Assembly: GCF_004010195.1 (NCBI RefSeq)
Contig: NC_057711.1
Coordinates: 77,028,685 to 77,092,684 of the forward strand
Source: Chiloscyllium plagiosum
Lineage: Eukaryota
Direction: 5' to 3'
Length of the DNA stretch: 64,000 nucleotides
The notes under the pieces were generated by a model, which did no database searches, had not been told where the DNA came from, and was given only the letters and a program-made list of their open reading frames with translations. This document shows, in pieces, positions 48,113-59,500 of the stretch (its first letter is position 1; every line of letters begins with the position of its first letter). Made by a program: the position numbers and the translations under genes.

Positions 48113-51100
48113 TGATGGCCCTTGGGGCGCATGATACAATTATAGGGGGAGACTTTAACCAACTTATTGATGCTAAATTGGTCAGGATGCCTCAGGGTCT
48201 TGTGGGTATGTCCCCGCAATCCAGGTAGTTGGTGGACCTGAACAGAGAGCTGGGGCTAGTGGATGTGTGGAGATGTCTTCACCCCAAGGGTAGGGATTTC
48301 ACCTTTTTCTCTAATCCACATAAGTGCTTTACCAGAATTGACATGTTTTTGTCCCACCAACCTTTTAGAATTTGGTGCTGTCTTGCAGAATAGGGAACAT
48401 AGCCATTTCCAATCATGCGGCAGTGGAGGCTAAGGCCGGTGGTAGCGGGATAGGCTCCCGATACTGGTGCATGGACCCTTTCCACTTGAAAGATAGCAAG
48501 TTTATAGTGTATTTTTCGTGAGAATTTATATTCTTTTGGGACATTAATTTGCGTACAGCCAGTAATCCAGGGGCTCTGGGAGACTGCGAAGGCCTATGCA
48601 CGGGATTTGCTTCTTTCTTACTCAATGACCAAGAAGCTGCAGAGGGGACAGCAGCAGCATTTGCTCGAGGCTTACCTGAAGGCAGCTGAGTTAGCATACT
48701 TTGGCAGACCGCATGCAACCAAATTGCAGCGGATTACAACCCTCAGGGCTAGTCTGAAAGCTGCGCTCACCCAGACAGCAAAGAGGGAAATCTCTTTTGT
48801 GAAACAGAGGTTATTTGAGTGTGGTGATAAACCAGATAGATATCTAGCGTACCTGGCCAGAAAGAAGAATGCCCCTCAATCTATCACATTCATCACGGAG
48901 AGTGCCGGTACTCTTATTTGCGATGCTAAGAAGATTAATGCATCATTTAGGAAGTTCTACTCTGAGCTGTACTGGGCTGTGAGGACAGATTGATGAAGAT
49001 GGAGTCCTTTCTTAAGACCCTGGAGCTTCCAGGTGTAACTTCAGAACAGGCGTCCTTTCTGAATGCCTACCTGACAATCCAGGAAATATAGGAGGCGGTG
49101 AGGCAGCTCCAGAGTGGTAAAGTGCCCGGCCCAGACGGACTTCAAAGTGAGTTTTATAAGGAGTTTATAGACATACTGGCTGGGCCTCTCTTAGATATGT
49201 ACAACTACTCATACAGTCAGGATTGCCTCCCATCCTCTCAAAGAAGCAAATATTTTTATTATTCTTAAGACAGGGCAAGCTCCAGAGGATTGCACCGTTA
49301 CTGAATGTGGATTTTCAAATCCTGTCAAAAATGCTGGTGTTAAGGTTGAAGAGGGTTTTGCCTTTCATTGTAAGGGAGGACCAGACAGGTTTTATCAAGG
49401 GTTGAAGGTATACTAATAATATTAGAAGAGTATTAAACATGGTCCAGGTATGCCAGCAAGGCTCAATTCCAGGCCTGGTAGTCTCCCTGGATGCAGAGAA
49501 AGCGTTTGATCAGGTGAAGTGGCCGTACTTCTTTTATGTACTACAGCGGTTTGGTCTTGGAGGGGTTTTTGCCAAGTGGGTGGCAGTGTCATATAGTGAC
49601 CCGAAACCAGCAGTTCCCACTAATGGTATAAAGTCAGATAATTTTACTATCGGCAGAGATAGTTGACAAGGGTGCCTCCTCTCACTGCTATTATTTACAT
49701 TGGTGATTGAGCCGCTGGCAGAGGCCATCGGAGGGACCCCAATATAACTGCCCCGGAGGTAGGACCAGGCAGGCATAAGATCACCCCCTATGCAGATGAC
49801 ATTCTTCTCTTTTTAACTGATCTGATGACATCTGTGCCCCGTTTAATACAAGTGATTAATCAATTTGGTTTGTTCTCAGGATATAAAATTAATTTTATGA
49901 AATTGGAGGCCATGCCTGTGGGGGGCCTTACTGGAATATCCGATTTTGGGGATGGAATCAGTTTTCCTTTCAGGTGGTCACAGGAAGGTTTCCTGTATTT
50001 AGGCATTTTTATCACCTGGGTCTTTGATCAATTACATAAGGCTAACTTTTGCAGTTGCTAGAGAAGATAAGGGAGGACCTTCCTATATCTTGGTTGGATA
50101 GAATAGCTCTGGTCAAAATTAATGTTCTTCCTCACTTATTATATCCCATGCAAATGTTCCCTTTGATGCTGCTAGGCAAGCCCAATGGAGGCTTTACAGT
50201 TGGCTTGGATCTTTCATCTGGCATCATAGGCGGCCTCTTATTAAGCTGGCCAAATTGCAGCTTCAGCAGGGTATGGGAGGTTTAGATTTCCCGGACTTTA
50301 AGAAATATCAACTGGGTTCCTTACTATCCTATGTGGCTGACTGGGCTGGCCAGAACCCGTGGTCAACTTGGTTGGACATCAAGGCCTCCCAGGCAAAATG
50401 CCCCCTCATCCATTTGTTGTTTATGGACAAGATGGGACTGTTATGGACCATTGCAGAAACCCAATTGTCCTTAACACAGTTAAAGCATGGAGAATGATGC
50501 AGCAAGGTGGGGGCAACTTACAAAAATCTTCCCCTTTCACTCCCATATTGGGAATGTTAGGATTCCGGCTAGGTTCGATGGACTCTGGCTTTAAGCTTTG
50601 GGAGTCTAGAGGTGTCTCCTCTTTGGGAGATTTAATTGATGGGGAGGTCATGATGTTTTTCAAGCAGCTGAGTCAAAGTATGAGCTATCTAGGAGGGAGC
50701 TCTTTTGCTACTTGCAGGTTAGGGACTTTATACAGAAAAAAGTCTACATTGACAGTTATTTCCTATAATTAGTATATGGAGAGGAGAGTGCTCCAGTCTA
50801 TGGGTTCTCTCTCCGTCAGCACTCTCTATTACTTGTTAGGAAGTAATGTTTCAAAGGATACTAAGCGTTTTTGCGGAATCTGGACTCTGGAATTGGGGGT
50901 GGAAATCTCGTCAAAGGCGTGGGAGGATATTTGGATGAACGTAAGGAACATTTCGATTTCTAACAGGACGCAGGTTATGAAAACGAAGATACTCCACAGG
51001 GCTCATTTGGCAATGGTGCGGCTTGTGAAATTTAAGACAGGAGCATCCCCAATGTGCTCCAAATTTAAAATAGATATTGGTACTCTTACTCATTGCTTGT

Positions 51101-51368
51101 GGTCATGTCACAAGCTTCGTAGGCATTGGGATGCCATAGCGATTGTTTTGGAAAAGGTCTTAGGAACTGAGGTTAAGTTGGATCTGGTGTCCCTCCTCTT
51201 GGGTTTGCCAAATTTCTCCTCTTTGGATGCGCATGGGAAGTAACTGTTTAATATACTTTCATTCTGTGCGAGAAAGAACATTCTAATAAGCTGGTTGTCA
51301 GAGAATCCCCCAGGAGTCTTGGCCTAGATTAGTTATGGAGCACATCCCCCTAGACATCCTTATGAGTA

Positions 51369-51479
51369 TCTGGATTAGTGGTGCTGGAAGAGCACAGCAG
51401 TTCAGGCAGCATCCAAGGAGCAGCGAAATCGACGTTTCGGGCAAAAGCCCTTCATCAGGAATAAAGGCAGTGAGCCTGG
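51369..51479 (-). mobile_element. Short Penelope terminal-repeat insertion in L1 ORF2
   Basis: Related to the 6349-6478 repeat and interrupts the end of L1 ORF2. No clear TSD. Confidence 0.75.
51427..51462 (-). ncRNA. Minimal type-I hammerhead ribozyme motif with intact core
   Basis: Minus strand ATTC-CTGATGA-A-GGGC-TTTT-GCCC-GAA-ACGT-C-GATT: canonical CUGAUGA, stem II, GAAA, palindromic ACGU stem III and GUC cleavage triplet. Confidence 0.7.
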
Positions 51480-51999
51480 ATGGTGCACCAGAAAACGCAA
51501 CTGTTTTATAGAACGTGGCAGCCCTTTCTGAATTATATAGATGCAGACTTGTTAGCTATATTGGTCAGGGCCTTTGTGTAGTCATGATGGCCATGTCTAG
51601 CAGTCCAGGGACCCCTGCACAGGAGGAAGGAGGCAGGGGGAAGAATCCTGAACAAATATGTTTGCTTACTAATGCTCCCTAAAGGTGGGGAACTTTGATG
51701 GGATTGCGCTAAGTGCAGTAACTTAACTGAATATAACTTAATTTATCTTGGTTTAACTTAACTTTCTTTTTCTTAATTATTTATTGAATTGTAGTTTTTG
51801 TAGGTTTTTTTCTCTCTCTCCTCAGTGGTTTGTGGAGTACAGTAGTAGTTTGTTTTCTGTTGTGATCATTATATTATAATGTTGTTATACTATTTTGTAG
51901 TGATTTTGTAAAAAATTTAAAATCTTTTTTCCTCAATAAAAATATTTACAAAAAAAAGCTATCTGGGAATAATTGTGCACAAAACACAGAAACCAGTAT

Positions 52000-52600
52000 A
52001 CAGCTGCAGCAGCTAATCAGGAAGGCTACTGGAATATTGAATCTTATTTCAAACGGGTTAGAGTATAAGAGTAGGGAAGTCTTCTGGAATTGTACAAGAT
52101 TCTGTTGAAACTACATCTGTGAACAGTTTTGTTCATTTTATCTAAAAAAAATCATTTCATTGAAAGCAGTTCAAAGGAGGTTCATGACTACAATTGTGTC
52201 CAGTATGGACGGACTATCTTATGAGCAAAAACTAAATAGGTTGGGACTGTACTCACTGGGTTTTAGATGAATGAGAGGTAATCTCATTGAAACATGCCAG
52301 ATTCATATGGGACTTGACAGGGTAAATGCTGTGAGGATGCTACCCCTCATAGTAGAGCCTAGGATTAGATGGCATGGTCTTAAAGTAACGGTGCTCCACT
52401 TTAAGACTGAGATGAGGTGAAATTCTTCTCTTACAGGGTTGTGTGTCTTTGGAACCCCTTGCCACATAAAGGAGTCAGAAATGGAATCAAAGGTTATGGG
52501 GAAACACAGGAAAGTGACTAATGTCAGATCAGCCACAATCTTATTGAATGGTGGAACAGGCTCGAAGGGCTGAATAGCCTACTCCCGTTTCCATTTCTTA
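52000..52600 (+). mobile_element. Old CR1 3' fragment
   Basis: KATGIL, LEYKSREV, LEAVQRRF-like and RGNLIET remnants plus the 3' tail. Confidence 0.8.
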
Positions 52601-52947
52601 GGGTGTCAACCATGGTTCTATAAAGACTGACAAGTTAATTACTCTTTAATTGCATGCTGACCTCATCAGTGACAACAACATCCAATGAATGAATATAAGG
52701 AAAATCATTGGCATTGACTATTCTGTTTAAGAATTGTAAGAGAATTTTAAGTTACACAAACCCTGTGAAACCTGTGTTTGCCTTTTTTGTCTTCTACTGG
52801 TTGTGTCTTGACAACAATGATTTGTTTCTGGCTTGTTTTAAACAACTGCTTGCCTCTAATCCAGTGGTTCTCTGGAGGTTGTCAATTCCTTTACAACTCT
52901 TCTGATGTAGACGATGTTGAGGCATGCATGCAGGCTCAAAAGCGAAG

Positions 52948-53211
52948 TTGATTAGATTAGATTAGATTAGATTANNNNNNNNNNNNNNNNNNNNNNNNNN
53001 NNNNNNNNNNNNNNNNNNNNNNNNNNNNNNNNNNNNNNNNNNNNNNNNNNATTTTTTTTTGGACTGTGGGAGGAAACCAGAGCACCCGGAGGAAACCCAC
53101 GCAGACACGGGGAGAATGTGCAAACTCCACACAGAGAATCGCCTGAGGCGGGAATTGAACCCGGGTCTCTGGCGCTGTGAGGCAGCAGTGCTAACCACTG
53201 TGCCACCATGC
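52948..53211 (-). mobile_element. Young HE1-like SINE spanning a gap
   Basis: Intact tRNA head ggcatggtggcacagtggttagc..gggttcaattcc on the minus strand and an (ATTAG)n tail. Confidence 0.9.
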
Positions 53212-54409
53212 CGCTGGTCGATTGCTAACCGCATTTTCAATTTGCTTATGTTTGTTTGTTGTCGTGTAACTGTAGCACTCCTATGTTTCTGACAGCTATT
53301 CCATCTGTGCGTTATAGTCTTATCTCTATAGTGTGTAACTTTTGTTTCTTCAGTCACAGCAACTGGACTGATAGGACAATACACTTGGTCTTGTATCAAA
53401 TACAAAATAAACAGCATATCTAATAAAGTTTTGTCTCATTTGGATTAGTCAGTTGCCCTAGGAATGGCCTTGGAAACTTTCCAATGATGGTATCCCAACA
53501 ATTGGAAGTATCTTTTCTAATGTGGTGGATATGGCTGCCAGTATTCTTATTATTATTTAGGTATTTTAAGCCTACGTCATTTCAATATTGCTTCAAATCA
53601 TCTGTTCTTTAAGCTTGTATTCTTGTATTCACTAAACTGAATAACTAGAGCTGGTTAGACTCCAATTTTCTTTGTAATTTTATTCTTTAAATTCCACATT
53701 GCTGTTGTACTGTGTCAAATTCTTCGATAAAGCTTTACCTTGTATTAAGTAGCCATTCTGTTTTAAATTACTGCATTCAACATTTTAAAAACGGGTTCTT
53801 TGTTATGTTGAATCTCTGTACTGCTTCCTAGGCTTTTTTTTCTGCCTCTCTCAGGGATTTCTCATTTTCTTTTTAAATGATCAAAATGGTGACTATCCAT
53901 TTCTTCTAGAGTTTTCCTGCCTTCCGAAAATTAAACTCCCCTGCTTCTTTCTCGGTGAATTGGAGCTTTCCTACACTTCAAGATCTAACCCATCAAGCAC
54001 TTACTTCTTTATAAATTTTAAAGCAAAGCTCTCTGGCTGTACCTTTTAAAATCTCCCACACAAACTGCATCCTGATCCCTTTTAAATCTTTCATTTTTCC
54101 TAATTTTTAATGGAATCAGACCAGCCTCCAAAACACCATGGATCTTACCTGCTCAGACAGGTCTTCAGCCTCAAGGGAAACCCTTAACTGGAGTTGTAAA
54201 CCTCTGGACAAACAAGTCCAACAGATGTTGCCTAAGTCATATGTCACATTAAAATGCTATAGTGATAATTAGGCTTTGTCCTTAAAAGGACCACTAAAAG
54301 TTTTTCTACATTGTGAAAGTAAAATATTCTCAAATACGTTAGAGTACATTATCAAGTGGATCATTAAAGCTTAGCTATCTGTTTCACTTCTTAAAAGTTT
54401 TATTACCCT

Positions 54410-54510
54410 TATGAACTTTGCATGGTATGATCTGTCAATGCTGCACATAAAACAGATCTTTTCACTTTAGCTAGGTACATGTGGCAATAATAAATCAAAT
54501 CAAAATCAAG
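54410..54510 (+). mobile_element. LINE 3' tail fragment (Rex1/CR1-group type)
   Basis: cttttcactttagctaggtacatgtggcaataataaatcaaatcaaaatcaa, a microsatellite-type tail. Confidence 0.5.
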
Positions 54511-54630
54511 CAGGACAAACAAAGGAAGGGAACTGTAGGAGCCAGGGAAGCAATAAGGATCAGAGGGACTTTAGCCCACATGTCTCTTCAGATAGTGGGA
54601 CAGTTAGATGAAGTGGTTATGGCTGCATAT

Positions 54631-55352
54631 TGTTACAATACGGGTAAACCCCCTACTTAGTTTAAACCAGCAACACAGAAAAAAATTCATCCCATGCAGT
54701 AATCTGTGAAAATTCAAGAGATCAAGTACTATCCCAAAGGTCACTATTTAAAGTAAAACTTAACAATTTTATTTCTTAAAGTATAACAGAGAATAATTAA
54801 CTAACAACTATTCTGCAACTCCTTCCTCTAACCTACCTTTTACCTTCCCCTTCTACAAACTAGTTCGATAAAACCCTTGATTAAGATGTACCAAAAATTC
54901 ATATTTCAAAACCAGCCAGCTATCGAGTCTTCTCTTTATCTCTTCCTCTGTCTTCTTTTCTTCTTCTTAGGAATTTTTGTTTCATAGGTCACTGATTGAT
55001 AAAGATACCTTTAAGAGAGCTATTCTCTGGGCGGTCTGCATGTGTTGGTAGCTTGGCAGTTCTCCCTCAATTGTTCAAGTTTTCCCAGTCTTATACCTCA
55101 AAGCATCAGATTGTGTCATTGGTTATTAAGATTGTCAATATATGAAATTCAAACTTGATTAGAGTTTGGTATTTTTTCGGGTATAATTTAAACTGATTGG
55201 CCGAATTTGAATTTGTTTTGTCGTCTCCAGGCAACCCAGCTATTCGACCAAATGTTATAGCGTTATCTTGTTCAGAACACTTGGTGCTGTGTCAGGTAGT
55301 TCTGTTAGCTTTTAACTCTCAAAGGTACAGTACCCCTTACACTTTCATAACA
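54631..55352 (-). mobile_element. Probable solo LTR (~720 bp)
   Basis: TGTTA...TAACA termini with flanks atat / atct (3 of 4 match). Interrupts a colinear CR1 remnant. Minus-strand AATAAA near 54770. Confidence 0.65.
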
Positions 55353-55576
55353 ATCTAGAATAATAGAAAAGGCATGGATTTTAAGAGTATAGAACGGATG
55401 CTCAGACAATATAAAACCTTTTAATAATTAATAATTTTTCAAGTGCTTTTTGCATGACTGTTTATATTGACGCTACAATTTTATTACACCTATGTATTTT
55501 CAAGTATATTTTGCAATATGATTTGTTTAGTTTGACAAGTATGTGCACTTCAAACTTCCCATTGTTTTTATAAGGT

Positions 55577-55918
55577 GGGGCAGCACAGTGGTTAGCACTG
55601 CTGTCTCGCAGCGCCAGGGATCCAGGTTTGATTCCAGCCTCGGGTGACTGTCTGCGTGGAGTTTGCACATTCTCCGTGTCTGCGTGGGTTTCCTCCAGGT
55701 GCTCTGGGTTCCTCCCACAGTCCAAAAATGTGCGGGTCAGGTGAGTTGGCCATGCTAAATTGCTCATCGTGATAGGTGCATTAGTAGGGAGTGGGTGAAT
55801 GGGTCTGGGTGGGTTACTCTTCAGAGGGTCGGTTACTCTTCAGAGGGTCGGTGTGGACTTGTTGGGCCGAAGGGCTTGTTTCTGCACTGTAGAGGAATCT
55901 AATCTAATCTAATCTAAT
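55577..55918 (+). mobile_element. HE1-like SINE with internal 19-bp tandem duplication
   Basis: Head, central domain and (CTAAT)n tail; ggttactcttcagagggtc repeated at 55812-55849. Confidence 0.9.
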
Positions 55919-56472
55919 CAATACTATCTGTAGTGGATACTGGAGGAGTGAATATGGAGGATGTAAGCAAGCTGTGGAGTGAGGAAGGTGAACGTGAAAG
56001 TGTCTCACATTCAATGACTGAAATTGGGCCAATTGTCCTGCAAACAGAGGCATACCTGACCTTTCCACTTCAGCATCCACACACCTCCATTTCTGCCTTG
56101 TATCTCAGGGCTGTTGGCTCTGGAAGTACAGCCCATCCCATGACAAAAATGTCATAAGCGTGAATTGGTAGCAAGATCACAGCAATGCGAAATGGTCTGG
56201 CTCCCAATTCCCACATCAAAAGTGAAAATCTACCCCAAACAATCTGCGAAAGTATATAGATAGTTCAAGTGTTTGAGCAAAAACTGTGTAGATGAATTAT
56301 CAACTAAGAAAATGTGAACTTGTCACCTTGGCAGGAAGAATAGAAAAGCAAAACAGTATCTCAATGAAGACTAAAGATTGATGCGGTACAAATGGATCTT
56401 ATTTCCTTGCAGGTGAATCACAAAGCCAGCATGCAAATAATAAGAAAGAGAGCACTCAAGTGTACCATTAAC

Positions 56473-56508
56473 CTTGCTGCTGCTGTGGTGTGGTAGGATG
56501 TATCATTG
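56473..56508 (-). other. Candidate 36-nt micro-exon
   Basis: Strong acceptor tctgctcattttgtttttacag, donor AAG|gttaat. Reads MIHPTTPQQQQ or NDTSYHTTAAA depending on phase. Confidence 0.4.
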
Positions 56509-59500
56509 CTGTAAAAACAAAATGAGCAGAGTTTTCAGAGTAGGTTATTGGGTGTACATTGGCCAAGTAATGTCTTTTTCTTAATTAAAGTAAAAGTAGA
56601 TTAAAAGTCAACTGAAGAGCTGGGCTTAGGTTAGGAAAATGAAATTTTGGTTGCTCAAATTTCTATTGTTGTTATAATTTCATTCTTTATCATCCAATCT
56701 TATATTTTTTTCCTCATTAAACACATTTATTTTAACACTGCCACCCCTATTCCCATCAAGCTACAACTTGTCAACATTAGAAAGAAATCCTAAAAGCAAC
56801 CTTCTTTAGAGGTCAGAAGGTGAACTTTTAATAAGCTCCTCAGTGACCTGGAGTTACACAGTTTCAACAAGACAGGAAACTTCACCTAACAGTCCTACAC
56901 CCTGGGAAAATTTTCAACATTGGAACTGGAGGCAGAAACCTGACCAATTGAGAACTCTATTCTATCCCACTTTGGGACAGGGTGGTTCTTATGATATCAA
57001 ATAGAAAAGATCACCAGCATGCCAACAGACAATAGGTAATTCAGCTCTTAGGCCATCCAGGCACCATCAAAACTGAAGAGAGGTGGACAGCCAAAATATA
57101 TACAACTAACCTATAAATGACCATTTTCATCAGGCCAGGGTCAGACATACAGGGATGCCCTGCTATTTACCTACCTTCTCCAAAGATCTGGAGCAGCGGA
57201 CTGAGCTAGTGTCTGAAGGCTACCAATTCGGTAGTGGACTTCATGTTCAAGAAACAGTCCTCCACCTTAGGCAGACTAATTGGTGGGAAAGATAAAAACC
57301 TTTTGAAGAGTAGATTAGAAGTGATGAACTCCAATGTCACAATAAAGGTAGTCTCTGTTCTTTCTTGTATCGCCCAGAAATTATTTCCTCTTCAAGTAAA
57401 CATATTCAATCGACGTTCCTGTAGTGATTTTCCTTATTCCTTACTGTCCAATGTAATTGGAGTATAAAAGTTGGGTGTTGAATGGCTTTCAAGTTTTTCA
57501 ATGCAGAATTAAGGGAATGGTGACTAATGCAACAAGGCCAGTTAATGTGCAAGTCTGCATGGTGTGCAAAATCAATAAACTACCAGAATTCACTGAGTGA
57601 GTAACTCTTGTTGCATGGTGATGTTCAATTTGATAATAAAATAATCTTCACTAAGTGTAAAAACTCAATTACGTAAGTAACAATCGACTACAAAGCTATT
57701 TGCAACAATGCTTAAAGACAGCAGATACAAGTTAGGAGTAATAATTCAGAAAGTCCCAAAATTGTCAAGAGTGAAGATGCTTAGAAGGAACTTTTGCAAA
57801 GTATCTTAAACCTGACAACTGTGAATATCAGAATGGAAACATAAATGAACAAATCACATCTTGGCTACTCCATTGTCATAGTAATTATGGCGGAGAGGCA
57901 CAAATACAGCAAGATTGCATTTGTATTTGCTATGGGTTTTGATCAAATGAAAATATAACTCTTGTAAAGATATGATTTCATTATTACCTCTGAGTCATTT
58001 GCCTGAAAGTGGGTTACATAACTCGGCTGCAGGTATACATCAAAATGTTGTAATCCGCACCCTACACAAATAATATCATGTGAATAAAATAAAAAGCAAA
58101 AATACAGTTCCTGCTGTCAGTAAAATTTCTGGCAAAAATTAATCAACCATTCATCCATTCAGGCTCTTTGCACAGCCTTTGTCAAATAGGGAATACAACA
58201 AGATTTCTTCACTCTTCCAGGCACTCATTTGAATGAATTGGAGAATCCATCAAGCTCTGTTTGATTTATTGAAGTGTCTCCCGACTCAGCAGTAGAACTT
58301 CAGCAAATGAACTGGTATCATCACTGCTCTACTACAAACCAGCAGTTATTCCAAATTTAACTGTTTTATGCATCATCTTAAAAGAATTGGTTTTCTGACA
58401 GAAGCATCAAATCGTTCTCATCACTTTCGCCACCATGCCCCACTCCACCCTACATAATGTTTTGATGCATTTTAGTTACCCAAGAGGGTCAAATCATCAT
58501 TACTGAAATGTTCATTCCTATATATACCTTTGCAATATCTAAATTTGAGATGCAAAGCTGTCATGAAAACACTCTATGGTTACATGATGGGTAATCAACA
58601 CAAAAATTATGCATCTGATCAAATTTTGAGTGCAAACATGTATTTGAGACTATTTATGTAAAAGATTAATACATGCATATCTTTACTACTCAAAAGTACC
58701 AAATTTAACTGGACTATCAAAAACAAAGTAGTATAACATCAGCACAGCAAAGAATCAGTGAAATATGCTCCAGCGTAACCCATGATGCTATATTTGATAA
58801 AAGGTGACAAGGTAGAAAAATAATATTTGTGTGAGACAGTCCTTTAAATTGTCAAATGCTTATCAGTTGCATGGAACACTGTTTAAACATGGATTTTATC
58901 CATGAGCACCCTCCATTGAACCCTGCACAGTACATTCATCATGCTAGAGCTCCTCTGTTTTCTCATAAAGATACATGACCTCTGCCTATTAAATTTCATT
59001 AGTAGGGCACCACACAAGGCTCCTTTTCACATGACAGAATACAATGTAAAACATCCTTGCCTCAAGGATTAGTGGGAACTATCCCCTCTTCAATCTTTGT
59101 CCCTAGGAGGCACTTTTAACACCTGCCAACCCCAGCACTATCATCAGAAAAACATTTAGAGATTCATCTTCAGGCTGGTAATTATCATAGATAATTATTT
59201 GTGTGGCTGTATAGATAAAGTTGGTCTACCATAAAAATCTGGTAGATTTTTCAGTAAACACAAAATATCATTACAGGTTTAACTCTTTCAGCTGATTTGT
59301 CCTATTTGACATTCAACATCTTCTATTGAAATACACACATTTGTAAAATGAAAAGCTATTGACCACTCCCAAATAGAATAATTTAGAGATAGTACTAAAT
59401 AAAGTAATTAGGAAATTAAGGAGTTAGATTTAAAAACAGTTTTGTTTTAATTTTCATTTCAATTAATGGTGTAATGAAAAGTCTATTTGTAAACACTTGT

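Larger units (their letters stand above)
47499..51582 (+). pseudogene. L1 ORF2 (APE endonuclease, RT, C-terminal Cys motif), disrupted
   Basis: CTWNVKG, LLQETHL, IGGDFN, KVPGPDG, DQTGFIKG, SLDAEKAFD, QGCLLS, YADD (49789-49800) and C..K....TLTHCLWSC; many stops. Confidence 0.92.
45838..51956 (+). mobile_element. Full-length, inactivated L1-clade LINE
   Basis: TSD agctatctgg (45828-45837, 51957-51966), 5'UTR, ORF1, long spacer, ORF2, T-rich 3'UTR, aataaa and A-tail. Confidence 0.93.

Noticed and set aside
53430..54080. Possible ancient retroviral gag-like remnant on the minus strand
   Set aside because: Purine-rich and stop-riddled with no diagnostic motif.
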